Shown here: positions 24,291 to 37,900 of the stretch, piece after piece
Layout: every line of letters starts with the position of its first letter
Position numbering within the stretch: position 1 is the first letter of the stretch
Assembly: GCA_977016875.1 (NCBI GenBank)
Contig: CDRNST010000060.1
Span: 6,200,001-6,264,000 of the forward strand
Direction of reading: 5' to 3'
Source: Pavona decussata
Lineage: Eukaryota
DNA length: 64,000 nt
Position numbers and translations under genes: made by a program
Notes under the pieces: model-generated
Told to the model about the DNA's origin: nothing
What the model saw: only the letters and a program-made list of their open reading frames with translations
The model's database searches: none

Positions 24291-26787
24291 TATCCGATGT
24301 GGTAGTTCTGGGCCAGTTGGAAAAGAAAGGTTGAACGTGAATATGAAATTCTCAAGCTCTTGGATAAAACTTGGATAAAATAAATAGTAAATAATTGTAG
24401 TTTATTTACCAAAGTTTTTTGTCTCGGGATATTTAATTAGTGGCAGTACCCTAAAGAAGGCTTTTCATTATGACTGACGTTAAAAGGTATTTAAGGGATT
24501 TCGCAACTGAAAGGTTTGGCATTTCGATCAAAACAAATGAGCCTTTCGCGCCAAGCAGCCAGACGGTACATTTTCATGTAACAATAAATCTTGATTAAAT
24601 GTCAAAAACAATCAGATATGTCGTGAAAATTCTGTAAATATTTTTTAATTATTTATCGCTTTCTTCACGTTATTTTCCGAGGATCTAGTCATCTATGTCA
24701 TATTTTGAGAGTAGTGTGATTTTCTGAGGTAAATGAATTTCATTTAAGATCACATTTCACTTGTTTCAAGCCAAGGAACACAACAAATCCAGTACTGAAA
24801 ACAGTACCTTTTGGTGTAACTTGTCGTTCTTTTCATACGAGAATAGGCCTTAATTATGGATTTTGAAAACACTTTTTAATATTTAATTTTCAATTAACAA
24901 ACTGAAAATGTGTTATCTGCACTTCTTGAAAAGCGCATCTTCTTGGTTTCTGACCGATCCTTCCGCCAAAAGAGATAATTGCGTCGCTAGGAAAAGGTTT
25001 CGTAAGATCACACTTGCGTCTTAGTTGAGCGACAAAGTTTTTTCATATGGTAATTATTAATCATAACATCTATGGAATAAAAATAAATGACATCTCACTC
25101 ACCAGAGGCCAAGCGTGTTACGAGAAGCTTTGTGTTAAAATACAATATACCTTTTTTGTAAGATAGCTGAAAAGTACGAAAGGAAAGTACTTCTCGGTGG
25201 ATTTCTGTTGAATAGCGACATTAAACAGTTTTGTTCCGGTGTTAAGTTCGAAGCGCAGGCATTACCTTTATCGAGTTACTGTCTTTAGCGCCGACAACTT
25301 ACTTCCAACTCTTCTTCTTCTTAAACGCTTCATGTCATCTTTTTGCCAAATGTTGTGTGATAGCCTGAAAGCGATCATGATATACCCTGCGCATACCACC
25401 CGTAAGCATATATGCTGTAAATACACTGTTAAACTATACCTTGCTTGAGGATTCTGGCCTCAGAAGTGCAAATAAGTGGCGATCTGTATGCGGGACGGCC
25501 ACTTGGAAAGATCTCAGAGGTGCTACTACTGAGTAGTTTCAAAATGTGCGAGAAAGTGATATAATACTTGTAGTACTGCCGTGAGTGTTTTTTTGTCTGA
25601 GTGTGTGTGTGTATGGAGGTTTCTGGACAGTCACCATGAACCAAGTTCTCGTTCGTTAGAATGGTTAAATAAACAATTTTGCTAAGGACGTCAAACAAAT
25701 ATATTGCTTAGAGATTGTTGAAATGATCTACTGGTACATTGTAGTATTATGCCTAGGTACAAGAATCCACTTACCCTCTCTACGATCAGCAAAAGTTCGT
25801 TCAGCATTCGTCCTTCGTCTGAGTATTAATAAAAACTTTTCGTCTCACTAATTGGCGTACGAGGGCTTTTGTTTACTTCAATTTTGCCTTAATCGAAAGC
25901 ATGCTAATTAGAGCCTTTTTTGACTAAACAACACGTACCTGTTTAATTGAAAGGTTTGTTACTCGTATTACAATTTTGGACACTGATATTTCAAAATTGC
26001 ATTAAAATACAGTATTATTATCAACTTAGAGTGTCGAGAAGTTTAAAGAAGTCAAATGTGTATAATTGTGGGATTTCGATAATGTGTGTTAGTTACGGTA
26101 AAAATAATAGCATATTCCTGTGAGACAAGGTGACATGTGTAATTGAATTTATAGCTTTACTGATCGGTGTATTCGTTTTCTGTTCTTATGTCATTCATCG
26201 ACGCAGTCTTTGCCAAAACTTGGCTGTCAAAGATTTTTATTAAAAATGGGCAACCTTTACCAAGTAAAAAAGTAGCTGTAGAATATAAATAAAATAACTT
26301 TTTTGATAAATTGAACACTTCTTTTTGTGAGTGTAAAATTGACTTATATTTTTAAAAAGGTGTTTTCAAAAGCAAATTACTTTCTCATTTCATGTTAATT
26401 AGTCTTTTAGCAACCAACTAGAGTGACATTTAAGAAAATTAGTGTATTTATGAAAAGGGGGCTCAATGGATTTTGTTGTTGAAATTTTAAAACCAGAAAT
26501 ACAGTCACTGTACTACGCAATAAAGTATAATTTTATTCTATAATTTAAATCAAGATGTTAAAATAATGTTTAAAGGGAACCAGTATTTAATACGGACAGT
26601 TTCATGAGTAAACCATTAACATTTAAAATTATACGTTGTTAAGGAAGAAATTTCGGTTGGACTCATTACCCTGATCGATTGATTGATGTTCATTATCCTG
26701 ATAATTGCAAAGACGACAGATAATATGTATTTCGCTATGCCCGGCTTTTAACCTTGAAGTTCGTTGCCGAGATAGGTGGAGTATTTG

Positions 26788-26925
26788 TGATTGGCAGCGG
26801 TTGCATGTTTTCCCGCGCTTAACACTTGTCACGTGTTTCCAACGCTAGTTACCGGTACATTTCACACCAGTTACAGCGTTTACGTTCGGAACTGTGATTG
26901 GTTCAAGTCATTATTGACGTTTTTC
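26788..26925. repeat. Degenerate TTTTCCCGCGCTT-type minisatellite-containing repeat
   Basis: gcggttgcatgttttcccgcgctt..cacgtgtttccaacgct..ctgtgattggttc. Confidence 0.55.
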
Positions 26926-29900
26926 TGTTATTTTCTTTGTGATTTAGGTCTTTAGGTCCTCGACAGACTAGGAAGAAAGTTTTCTTCAAATATTTGTATT
27001 CAATAACTAAAAATGAGTTCACAGTTGTTAGTGCTTGGTAGCGTCTTTCCATACACTAGATGCCAAAATTTATCGCTAACGGATATTTTATGCGATAGGC
27101 TCGAAACTGGCATTTGCTGTGTGTAAAAGTGCGAACGCATGGGGAAGACAAAAAAGAAGACAAAGTAGAATGAGATCTGTACCGAGGAATGTGTACTGAA
27201 GAAGGTGAATCAGAGGAGGATAAATCAGTGAGACTTGTGACAAATCTATCTGAAACAAAAAGAAAAGAGTCTTGTCATGTTCAATAAAATCTCCTTTTTG
27301 CCAAATCAGTGAAATTTTCGAAACAGGTGACAACAAGCTTTGATAATCGCATAGTTGTCATTAGCTCTCTCACAGACTTAGAAAACCGAGCTGCCGCGTT
27401 TGTTATCGACAAGTATAGTAGTTTTCCTTTTGAAAAGAAAAACTATTTTGTTGTCAGGTAAACTAAATTGTTAAAAGTTTTTTTCTATGAATATCTTGCT
27501 TCACACATTGGCTTTTTGTCATCGACAAACTTTCATGACCAAGGTAGTAGTTTACAATTGGCGCAGTCTGTCAAGGAGTCACGTAACAGGTATGAATTTA
27601 AAATTCGACGATCATACTTGAAATAAATCAAAGTCGCGTTCTGTGATCTAAACATCTCGATTTTTTAACACAATCGTGGGAACGTACCCATAGAAGCTCA
27701 AAACGCCGTTGATGGTTTTCTTTAAATTTTTGAACGCAGTTTGAAGTAATTTGGAAAAGCTGTTCATGTTCAAAGACCCCTGGCGGTTATGTTTTTTGAT
27801 ATAGATGATCAAACTAGGGCAGGTTTAACGACAGAAATTAAAACGTTTTTTAAAGAAAAGAGGACAAAACAACTTAGAAAGTATCCCAGAGTTTGAATAT
27901 TTGAAACTACTTTTAGTTCAAATTTCTCAGCGTTTTAAATAATGCAGTGGATAATTTTTTGCTGGCTGAGTTTTTTTAACTGACTTCTCAAAGAATAATT
28001 TTCCTGCAATAAAGTGGAACAATATTGTTTACAATTGGAGTGATCCGTTTGATGATTCATAGTTTAGACAGCAGAATTGAAAAAGGGAAAATTATCGAAA
28101 ACTTTAGTTTGCAGAATACTGGTATTCAAATTAGGTCAATAATAACGAACAGAACCGCCCAAGCTTGAGTTTAAATTGTCAATCCGTAGGATTTCATCCA
28201 CGGAACATAATTAGGAGTCAAGAAATGTGCTTCTGTTGGTACATAATTATTTATTTTTTAATCCTTTCTTCATTATTGATTATTGCGGTAGCAATATTAT
28301 TGTAAGGACAGATCACTGCCGGTTTCTTAATAAACTGACTTATATGAGAACGACTTCTTTGATGATAATCAAAATTATCTCTGGCGAACATTTTATAACA
28401 GCAGATCATAGCACTTTCTATGCACCTTTACTGGTAATTGTCGTTTAATGCTTTAAAGCTAAATTGGAACTGAGAATATGTTTTATTGGTCTCAAAGGGG
28501 ACACTTTTGCCTTTTTGGGAACGTAATAGTTAGCATGGGGCCAGTCTATTGTTTCTACAAGAAAATATTATATTTGTATCAGACTGACCATTCAGAGCTT
28601 AGCTAGCATTTTTGTGCAAAAAAAAATCTCGATTAATTATTCACTTTGATAGTTTTTTTTAGAACACCTCGTCTGATCGTGGTTTTAAGAGTTGTAGACT
28701 TTGTAGTCAATATGAAAGCCCCATGCCGTGAAGCAAATTTCTTCCAAACAAAATATATAAAACATAAGGTTTTGAATACATGTACTCAAAGATTCGTCAT
28801 TGATTTTCAGTAATACTTTATTTCGTGCCTAACCTTTTCTGTGTTCATTTTTATATTTTCTTTTAAAGTAGATTTTGTATTGTCCAAGTGTTTAAGAATG
28901 GCGCCATCGGGTCTTGCCTCCCACGTTTGAAAAGTCTTTATCATTTGAATATCATTTTTAAATTTAGATTAATTTTAGAATTGATACTATGATCTGTTTT
29001 CAGTGAATCTTTGGCTAGTTGGAGAACAAGCTTGCTTATGTTATTAATTTCTCTGGCTGCAACTGATACGTAGCTTGCATTGTCGTTAGTTTTTCCACGT
29101 CACGTTTTCTGCCATTCCGGCATTTGTTCTAACGAGCAGTTAGTTTTAATAATCATAGGTATCAACTTTTAGATTTAAAAATCGTTCCTTAGTTACTGAC
29201 AATGGTGGCGAAATCCTTTCACAAACTGCCTGGCTAATATAATTACACCGGCTTTACCTCTTCATTGTATAGACACTGTTATCTAATCTGTTATTGCTTG
29301 TGTGTTTATTACAACCCTCTGCATCGTAGGAGTACAACTGTTTGGACAAATTTGAAATTCTTTTTTTTGTCTAACACACACCGGGGGACGGTTAAATTGC
29401 TGTAAATATTGTTACATTTTTTAGACCATGTTTAAGACTTCAAAAGAAGGCCTAATATGAAGGAATGAGATAATTAGTTTCATGTCAGATTCATGGAGAG
29501 ACGGTTTTTATTTTCCTGTAAAAAAAGTTGAATAATTTTTTAGAGCCTGAAGATAAATCTTTAGGGATTCCGAACTTTTTCGGAAGTAAATTATTGCCAA
29601 TTACCGCTACATCTGTGTAAAAATAACGCTTACAATTACCCGGGGTCGCTCCGCAAATATAAACAACTTGTGTTCTTTCTTCCACGCCAATGATATCAAT
29701 CTCAATTTCTTTAAGAATCATAAACTTAATTAGCGCAAAATGCATAAGAAAAGAGCCCTGACGTAATTGTCATAAAAAATACAGTGGTACATGCTGAAAA
29801 ACCTTGAACGTGTTTTCACATGGGAACATTCTGGAACTGAACTGTTGAAATTTAAACGGTTCACTGGAGAAAAAAACTGTTTTGTCTTGACAATCATTTC

Positions 29901-32900
29901 TTGAAAATTGTCATTAAAATTTAACTTTTCTCCCACGAGGGTTAACTATACCATAGCGAGACGGAGTTTCGCCATCACATTATTTACAGAAAGGAAGGAT
30001 TTGAATGAACTCAGAAAGATTAAATTAGGGAGCTTTTTTGTGTTTGGTACAATTTTTTCATTGACAGGATTGTCGGCTTTAAGTGCTCTGTTATGACCAA
30101 AACGATTTGATTTACAATATAAAAGCCAATGATAAAAGATTGCTGGTGTCGTGTTATTAAAATTAGCCCATTGATTTGTTTGCCTCCAACGCAGCACGGC
30201 AACTTGGGATTAGCATAAATATCTACAGGTATAGATATAATATGAACACACACGGAAAAGTTGCTTAAAGTCGCGAGCTCTCTCTCTCCGGGGAGCTATA
30301 TACTTGTCAGCCCACTAAAATCAACAGAATTCGATCATCCTTAAGGCGACACTGTAGCTTCATAGACCTTCCGAAAGAACATCTCCGAGGAAACAAGACG
30401 TATTGCTGGGTATACAAGATGACATAGCAATGCATTTTGTTCTTGCGTGCTTTGTTTTCTCCCTCGTGAAAAGGAGTTTGCAACACAACCCTTCTGTTGA
30501 AGGTTTGCTCCACTTTTACTTGTTTCAGTTTTCATCGATTTTTCAGATATTTTCTTCTCTTATACAATCACATGCATATGTTTACTGTAGTTAAAGACAG
30601 CTAAATTCGTCCAGTGAACTTTCCCTGTATGTCGCCCATCCGAATGACCAGATAACGATATATTCTCGTCTAAGAGTAACAACTTGATGTTGCCTTGTAA
30701 GAACGTTTAAACCTTTCGCTTCTGGTGACAGTTTTGGCCACAACAGGTCGAGCTCTAGAAAACAAACAATACGTTAAAACTGTATCAAATCTTATTAATG
30801 CTTAAAGACAGGAAAATTAATACCTATTACATTGTTGCTTTCATCAGTATCGTACAATGAATTTTCGCTCTGAAAATCATTATGAAACACTACACTTTGG
30901 GGCAAATTTTTCAAGCAATTTCTCTTTATTTTGTTTGGTTGCTTGCCAACAAGCGGCATTTTGTAATTGTGTTTTAAATTCTGGTAGATTTATCTGGGAC
31001 AGCTCTCACTTTGACGCAATAAAATGCGGATAAATTGCTCAACAATAAAGTAATTCTTAGACGGTAAGGAACTGCTTCGTTTTCGCTTTAAGGCTTTATA
31101 AACTCAGTTTTAAAGTGTCAAGAACCAATTATGACATTATAAGAAAAGAAACAACTTCACGATGCTGAGACATTTTTTAAGAACACATTTATTGGTAGAT
31201 GGGCTCCATTAATGTTACGTTTACTTTTGATTTGTAGTTTATGCAGTAAAAACAAATATTATATCAAATTGCTCATGCGTAAAACCTAATTTCTATGTGA
31301 AAGTTGCATGCTGAGCTGGTTTGATGGGAATATGAAATAACAGAGTATTTTGATATGGTTTTGAATAGCGATCACGTTTCGAGTCGACTAATTTTCTTTG
31401 GATAATATTGAGTTTATCTGTAATACCTCATGTTTTGAAAGACAACCCAAAATCTTTTGAGGAATCTCTCCTGACTCTGCGATCATTGCCGCATATTGCA
31501 ATCAATATTTTACAGTTGTAGGCAAACAATTGAATACTTGTTGTAGTAAGTACGTCATGCTGTTGCAAGATAAAACAAACGGAGCCTGTGTCTCTAAAAG
31601 AATTCATTTGACTGTTGTTTTTTTTTCTTTAAAGTTTTCATTAATTCCTTATCGCAATTTAATTTCAAAACGCGAGAAAAATGATAAAATACAATTTAGC
31701 TTTTAATTTCGATTTCCACGTTATTGCTAGAAGCAGATCGTGTTGCCACCCACGGATAGAAAAAAGTAAATCGAGGCGGGTGGTAAAAGAAAAATTGATT
31801 GCTTTGCAATAAAGTTTTCAGGGAAAAACTAGCTGCTGTAGTTAATACCTGAATAGAAATAAAACGTATCTTTTTGTGTCGTATTTTGCAGTAACATCGT
31901 ATTTCTTATATTACTGGTTTCGTAATTTGAACTTCAAAGTAGACGTTACATAACTTTACAAGAGTGAGAGCCATCTTGAAAGATGATAATAGTAATAACA
32001 ATAATAAGTTTTACAACGTCGAGTATAATATTTCATGATATATTATAATTTGCGGCAGCTCGATTTTTTTATAAGGGGGGGGGGGGGGGGAGATGGCGAG
32101 ATGGAGTTTTGACAAATTTGCTAATAGAGTCTAACGATCGCCCCTATAAGCTGATAGTGAAAGCCTCTAAGATCTCCTTCTAATATCACTAGTTAATCAA
32201 GCATGAGCGGTGACGTAAATGCAGAGATAATGCAATGATATAATGCGCATGTCTTTTATTACAGAAGATTAATGATATCAAGGTGAAGAGAGAATTCAAA
32301 GGTTGAATCATAGGACGTACGGTATTGCTTGAAATCTTTGTGTTATCTATTTTTTGTGTCAGGCTCAAAACATTTATCACCAATAAAAATTACGAGCCGT
32401 GTTTACTGAGGGTGCTTCAATAAAGGTGATGGCAAGTGGTTGTAGAATTATGCATGATTTTGGACGGAGCATAAGGTATCGTCTTTGAAATCCAAGGGAC
32501 TTCTTGTTTAAAGTTTCAATTCGGTTCCATCCTAGCCGCCAGTAGCCAAAGATAGATATATGCATATATATTTCGAAGAAAATATCAAGTGATTCTCTGA
32601 AAGGAAAAACAAACACAATCAAATTTTAGTGTTTATTCCGAGAAATAGACGGAGAACCACTTTTTTCAACCTACAAAACGCTTGTTTAGCCAAAGACAAT
32701 TCTTTATAATTTGAGAGGTTTGGTAGCGTATATTTTTTGTTTTGAACAAAACTGGCCATTATTTTGCGTTTTATTTTGATTTCACGGCCTTTAATTTAGC
32801 TGATTTTTGGTAGCTGTAAAAGTACGTGACATGGGTCCTTGAATGACTGGGAGATTGCCACCATTGCGATAGGAACATATCTCATTTGTAGAATGGAAAT

Positions 32901-34437
32901 GTGTGGAGGATAAATCTAATACAATTGACATAAACTGATGCTTCCTGTTGTTAAGTGTAACGATAAGATTTTAACATTAATATTTAACGTAACTGGAAAG
33001 ATATTATTACACGTTCTACACGCTTTTTTAGTGGAAATGTCTCTTAGGTCAACTGCAGGTTTGTCGGATAGGTGGAAAAAACTGTCCAGTTATGCTGAAA
33101 TTGTTGAGCACTGATATTTTTGCTTTCAAGGGAAAAAATCAAGAAAAGTGTCGCTATTATGTTGTGCGTGTTCAAAACATTACCCAAAACCTTTAAAAGC
33201 ACGCGATTTCTGATTGCATTGCCATTGTCTTCAGGAAAGTCATCTGTTTGCGATTCGAAATTGATAAAACAAACTAAAGTCGTCGACTGGCCACCTTTTT
33301 AAAAGATGGCCCGAGAGTGTTGGATTTTCCTTATTACTGGAAAAAGAGTTATAACCGGAATTACGTTGTTTTATAACATTTCTAGATTTATGCTCCAAAT
33401 TCAAATTTTCGTGTTACAGGGGCTCTAAATTTCGGATTTTATGAGATCGTTATCAGTATTGTTATTGTAGAATAAGGGCAATTGAACAGATCCTTAATGT
33501 GCACTTGGTTTACCATTGATTGGTCACTCTTAGGAAACAGTTGTCATGGTGCGCACCGGTAATGGTACAGTTATTTTATTTTATAAATGAACCATAAATC
33601 TCCATGTTGAATCAAATTTGCTGTCATCTACCCATGACTATTCATCACTGCTCGGCTTGCAGAAAATTGTTGAATGCCAACAAATATATCTGCCGGTAAT
33701 TATCGGGCGGTTTTTTTTTGTTTGTTATTGCGTTTTCGGTTCGCGTGTATTAGTTCCCAAGAAAACGTGTCCATAAAGAAGCGGTTTTAATAGTGTTTAA
33801 GTGTGTTCGCCCAAAAGGGGCCTCTTGAAACTGCTAATAAGACCTGCTAGAACTTCAATTGTAGCAGATGGAATTATTAGAAAATCTAACTATTCGCCCC
33901 ATTTCGCGCTTAGCCAGCTTTCTGTAAATGTATCCTTTGATATCAGGATAGAAGCATGATGTGAGTTTTATGCCTCACACATTCACTACTCCACTTTCTT
34001 CAACTTAAACTTTATAAGATTCATGTTTTAGAGAAATAGACCGGTCAAGTCTTCATCCGTACACGTGTCCACTGCATTTGATTTAACTAATGCAAATGGT
34101 TTAACACCTCCAATGTTTACCATGCGTGATTAGCATAAGTATATATTTGATGGCGGAGGCGTAAATGTATTTTTGCTGACTGAAAGACTTCCAGATTTAC
34201 TCTTCTATTAGATAGAACTGAGTTGCAGAACATTGCAATTTTTCATAATGGCAGATTTTGCTTTGGCTTGTTTCGTTGTCCTGTTCGCAGAAAGGACTTT
34301 GCAGCACAGTATTAACCCAAAAGGTTTGGTCGACTTTTTGTTGACTTTTACTTTAAATTATTATGTATAATAATAATGTTTTTCATATCTGAGTCAAACG
34401 CGTATAACCCTATTGTTTTTTATAGTTCATTTGTTAA

Positions 34438-34915
34438 ATGGAATGGGAATATATGAAAATATCATACATGTGAATTGCGAATGAACGATTTATTACATGG
34501 AATGGAAATATATGAAAATATCATACATGTGAATTGCGGATGAACGATTTATTACAGGAATCCATCGCAATTATGTAGGCACCTTAGTAGTTTAGGCAGG
34601 GTCTTGGGCTCGAATCCTGGTTAAGCCTGTATTTTATTTTTTCGCTAAGTTCAGTTTTGCAAAACCGTCATGTCTTTGGTGTATGAAATCGGTCGTCTGC
34701 GGATGACATTTATCGTACTTCATGTATTTCATTTATTTATCTTCTATGGGGATATTACGAACTCAACCGCAAAATACTGATCACTCCCAATGAGCTTGAT
34801 AGCTCAGTTGGTAGAGTAGTGCTCAGGTATCACACAAGTCATGGTTTCGAATCCCGTTCATTCCTGGATGTTTTCAGGCTTTCTTTTCGAAGCTGCGTAT
34901 GTAACCGCAATGAAT
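34438..34915 (+). mobile_element. tRNA-like (A-box/B-box) repeat element with a 59-bp head duplication
   Basis: Tandem copies 34438-34496 and 34497-34555; A-box TAGCTCAGTTGG at 34800; B-box GGTTTCGAATCCC at 34843; second B-box remnant at ~34607; tail ttcaggctttcttttcg shared with 558-574. Confidence 0.78.
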
Positions 34916-37900
34916 GGCCTTCCAGTACTAACTCACTTGTTTGAGTTCGTTTCAATTATGTTATTATCTATCTCTTTGCACCGAAGCATGCCAAATGAAT
35001 ATGTGTTCTGAAGTCAGGCAAGCAAAACTGAGTTCTTCCCGTGAATGTTGCTTGAGCAAGTGGACGTCGACATAAATAATTACGCATTATCACCGCTATG
35101 TTTTATTAGAATTCAAAAATATAATGGTTACAATTGCTATCTTTGTTCAAAGCTGTCGACAGTTAGCTTGGACTGCACTTTTGCGGGCTCCCGAAAAAAA
35201 ACAACATCAACAACAAAAACAACAACAACGACGACAACATAAAAACAAGCAAACCTGGGACAATACAAATCTCCATCATGGCCGTGTTTTTTGAGTAAAC
35301 GATCATCAAATATTTGTCCTTCGATCATATAGTGTTCTCGGTTAACGTTTGTTTGAAGAACAGGGGTTTTGTGATAAACAATCGGGTACACTTCTTTGTT
35401 ATACATATTCAAATGTAAGTGAGATGCATCAAAGTATTAGCTTACCTCCGTTTTAAAACCATTGAGCTCTAGTCCTCGTCAAAATGTCACAAAACGTCAA
35501 AAAAGCTTTTAAGCTTTCAAAAAGACGTCATTGTGTAAGGACAGTAACAACAACCAAACGTACTGGCAGCAGGTGCTGGTGGAGTATACTCGAAATCCTT
35601 GCTAGGGGGGGAGGGGTCGGGGATAAATTGCGACATTAGAATGAGTTCAATCAGTTTCCAGATGCGACGGTCATGAACCTCTGTGAAATGATTAATTCAC
35701 TATGAAACCTTGATAGTTGGTCTCCAAAAACCCTCCAAATTCAAAATGCCAGTGCCATCTCCGCACGTGGAATTTTCCTGAGATTTAATCTGAGTCTTTG
35801 TGAGCTTTCTACAGTGCGAAGGAGGAAACATTTTGTCTTACCTTGGCCTTGATACAGGGGCGGTTAAGTGTCAACGTCCACTCCGATCTGGACTAGTGAT
35901 TGCCAGTTGTAGTTAAGTGTACGTAACGGATGTCCGTGCGATTAAACGTGATGTGAGGATCTTTGTTCTTGTTATTTACTTCTTGTGTAATACTACCCGC
36001 GGGGACGTTATTTTGTGCCTTGATGTTAAGTATTCCTTTTAGCCCGCATGACGCAGTGATCTCTTGCTTTCATGAGGGTTTTGGTTATGTAAAATACTTC
36101 AACAGATTTCATGATGATTTTTGCTCTAGTATACTTTTATAATCGGCAAGTTAATAGCATGTTTTATACAGTGCGCAAAAGAAAAAGGAACATAAGATTT
36201 AGGAAGCCTGATTGTCACGAGTTTGCATTTTACTTCCTGTTTCTACTATTTTGGAACCTAGAATAACCTGCAGGCTTGTGAGTTGTATGGATCGGTATTT
36301 GATTCGCATAGCTTTATATTCCCGTTTTTATAGAGATCGTTGTTTTTTCAATTTTTATTCATTCCAAATGCTTGTGCTTTTAGCCGAACTAATTACGGAG
36401 ATCCTAATGCTCTATGTAAATTTGCACATCTAGTTCTACAAAATGTCCCAGCTTTGACTTAATTCTGTTATCCAAGGCGATGGTCTGCTGTCGTTGATTT
36501 TAAGACGCCGAAAAGTAAGACAGCAGGTGTAAAACATGCCTTTTTTTCTATCTGTAGTTTTATACGAAAAGTCGCTTAGATATCGACTTTAAAATCATTC
36601 CGACTGTAATCATACTTGTTCGACGAATTCGGACGAGCTGGGCAACGCTGAAGGGCAACATTTTGTTAGGAAAAATATCAACTTTTTTTCATGATCACCG
36701 GAATTACACGCACACACAAAAAAATATATATTTGTAATATTCCTGCAACCTGATTGGTGGAAAAATAAACAACTTCAAATTGGTTGAAATTGCGTTTGGA
36801 GAAATCACGCAGGTTTCATTGTCGCTCAACGTTTCAACAAATTTTGATGCGTTGAGTAATTTATCCTCTAAAGTTAAATTTAGAGCGCATAAGCCAGACA
36901 TTTTCGCCGCACGTTTTGCGTTTTTTTTAAAAATGAAATCAGACTTCTCGTAGGCAGCTGAAATAGTGTTATTGCGTTTTATTGAGCCATTAATTATAAA
37001 GTTGGATTTCTTTTGCTTTCAACTGTCAACTGCAAAGTTAGTGTCGTGTTGTTTGATTTACAATGAACAGTCAAGGGAAAACATGCATGCCATTTATATT
37101 TTTTTCTTGGCATTTCTTTGTTACTTTCGCCGAAATGAACGGTGCTGTGGTTTTTCATGCATGTGTGTTTACATTTCCAGCTATTGAAAAGGGCATTTTG
37201 AAACAAATAGAACATTGTAGATTGTAAGAATTTAAAATTAACTTTAACACATAGAACTCACTGGAAAATTAAATACCCATCGTTTTTTTCATTCATTTAT
37301 CATTTTGCGCACGCGCCTTTTGGTGTTAGGGACGTTTAGAGTGAAAATTTACGTCACGTGTACTCATTAATATGCTTCTTTTGAGCAATAGATAAATTCT
37401 ATCTTCGTAATTTGTGAATAGATAAGGTTTTGCTCAGTGGTACTAGAGGCACTTGTGTTCAAATGACCAAATATTCACATTACTAGTAACAAGCTGGCAC
37501 CGGTAGAGAATTTCCCCGAACGTTTAACAAAGGTTCTTCACAGCTGGTTTTCTGGTGAAATTTTGCTGTACATGCTTGCTAAGTAACTCATCGATTCCTG
37601 TCGAGATGTGGCTTATAGTGATCTTCTTTATTCCGGCTCATTGCCACTACTTCAGCCAGACCAGTGACCAAGGTATTTGAACATTTCACTATTTGCACTT
37701 CTAATTCAATGAACAGTACAATGTGAACATCTCTCATTCGGTTAACTTCTTGCCAGTTTCGTCATTTGAAAAAACTCAAAGATCACTCAGGTCAAATAAG
37801 GCTATTGTTATATTTGTCAATGTACTCTGTCTTCTATAATCCATTTCATGCGAGAATGAAAGAATTACCATGGATATAGCTTTTCTGGCAGATTTTATTC

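Noticed and set aside
32075-32090. Poly-G run (also ~41073) as a G-quadruplex element
   Set aside because: Simple homopolymer with no supporting context.
34793-34864. Possible tRNA gene
   Set aside because: A and B boxes are present, but the acceptor and anticodon stems do not pair and it is embedded in a repeat family; tRNA-derived element only.
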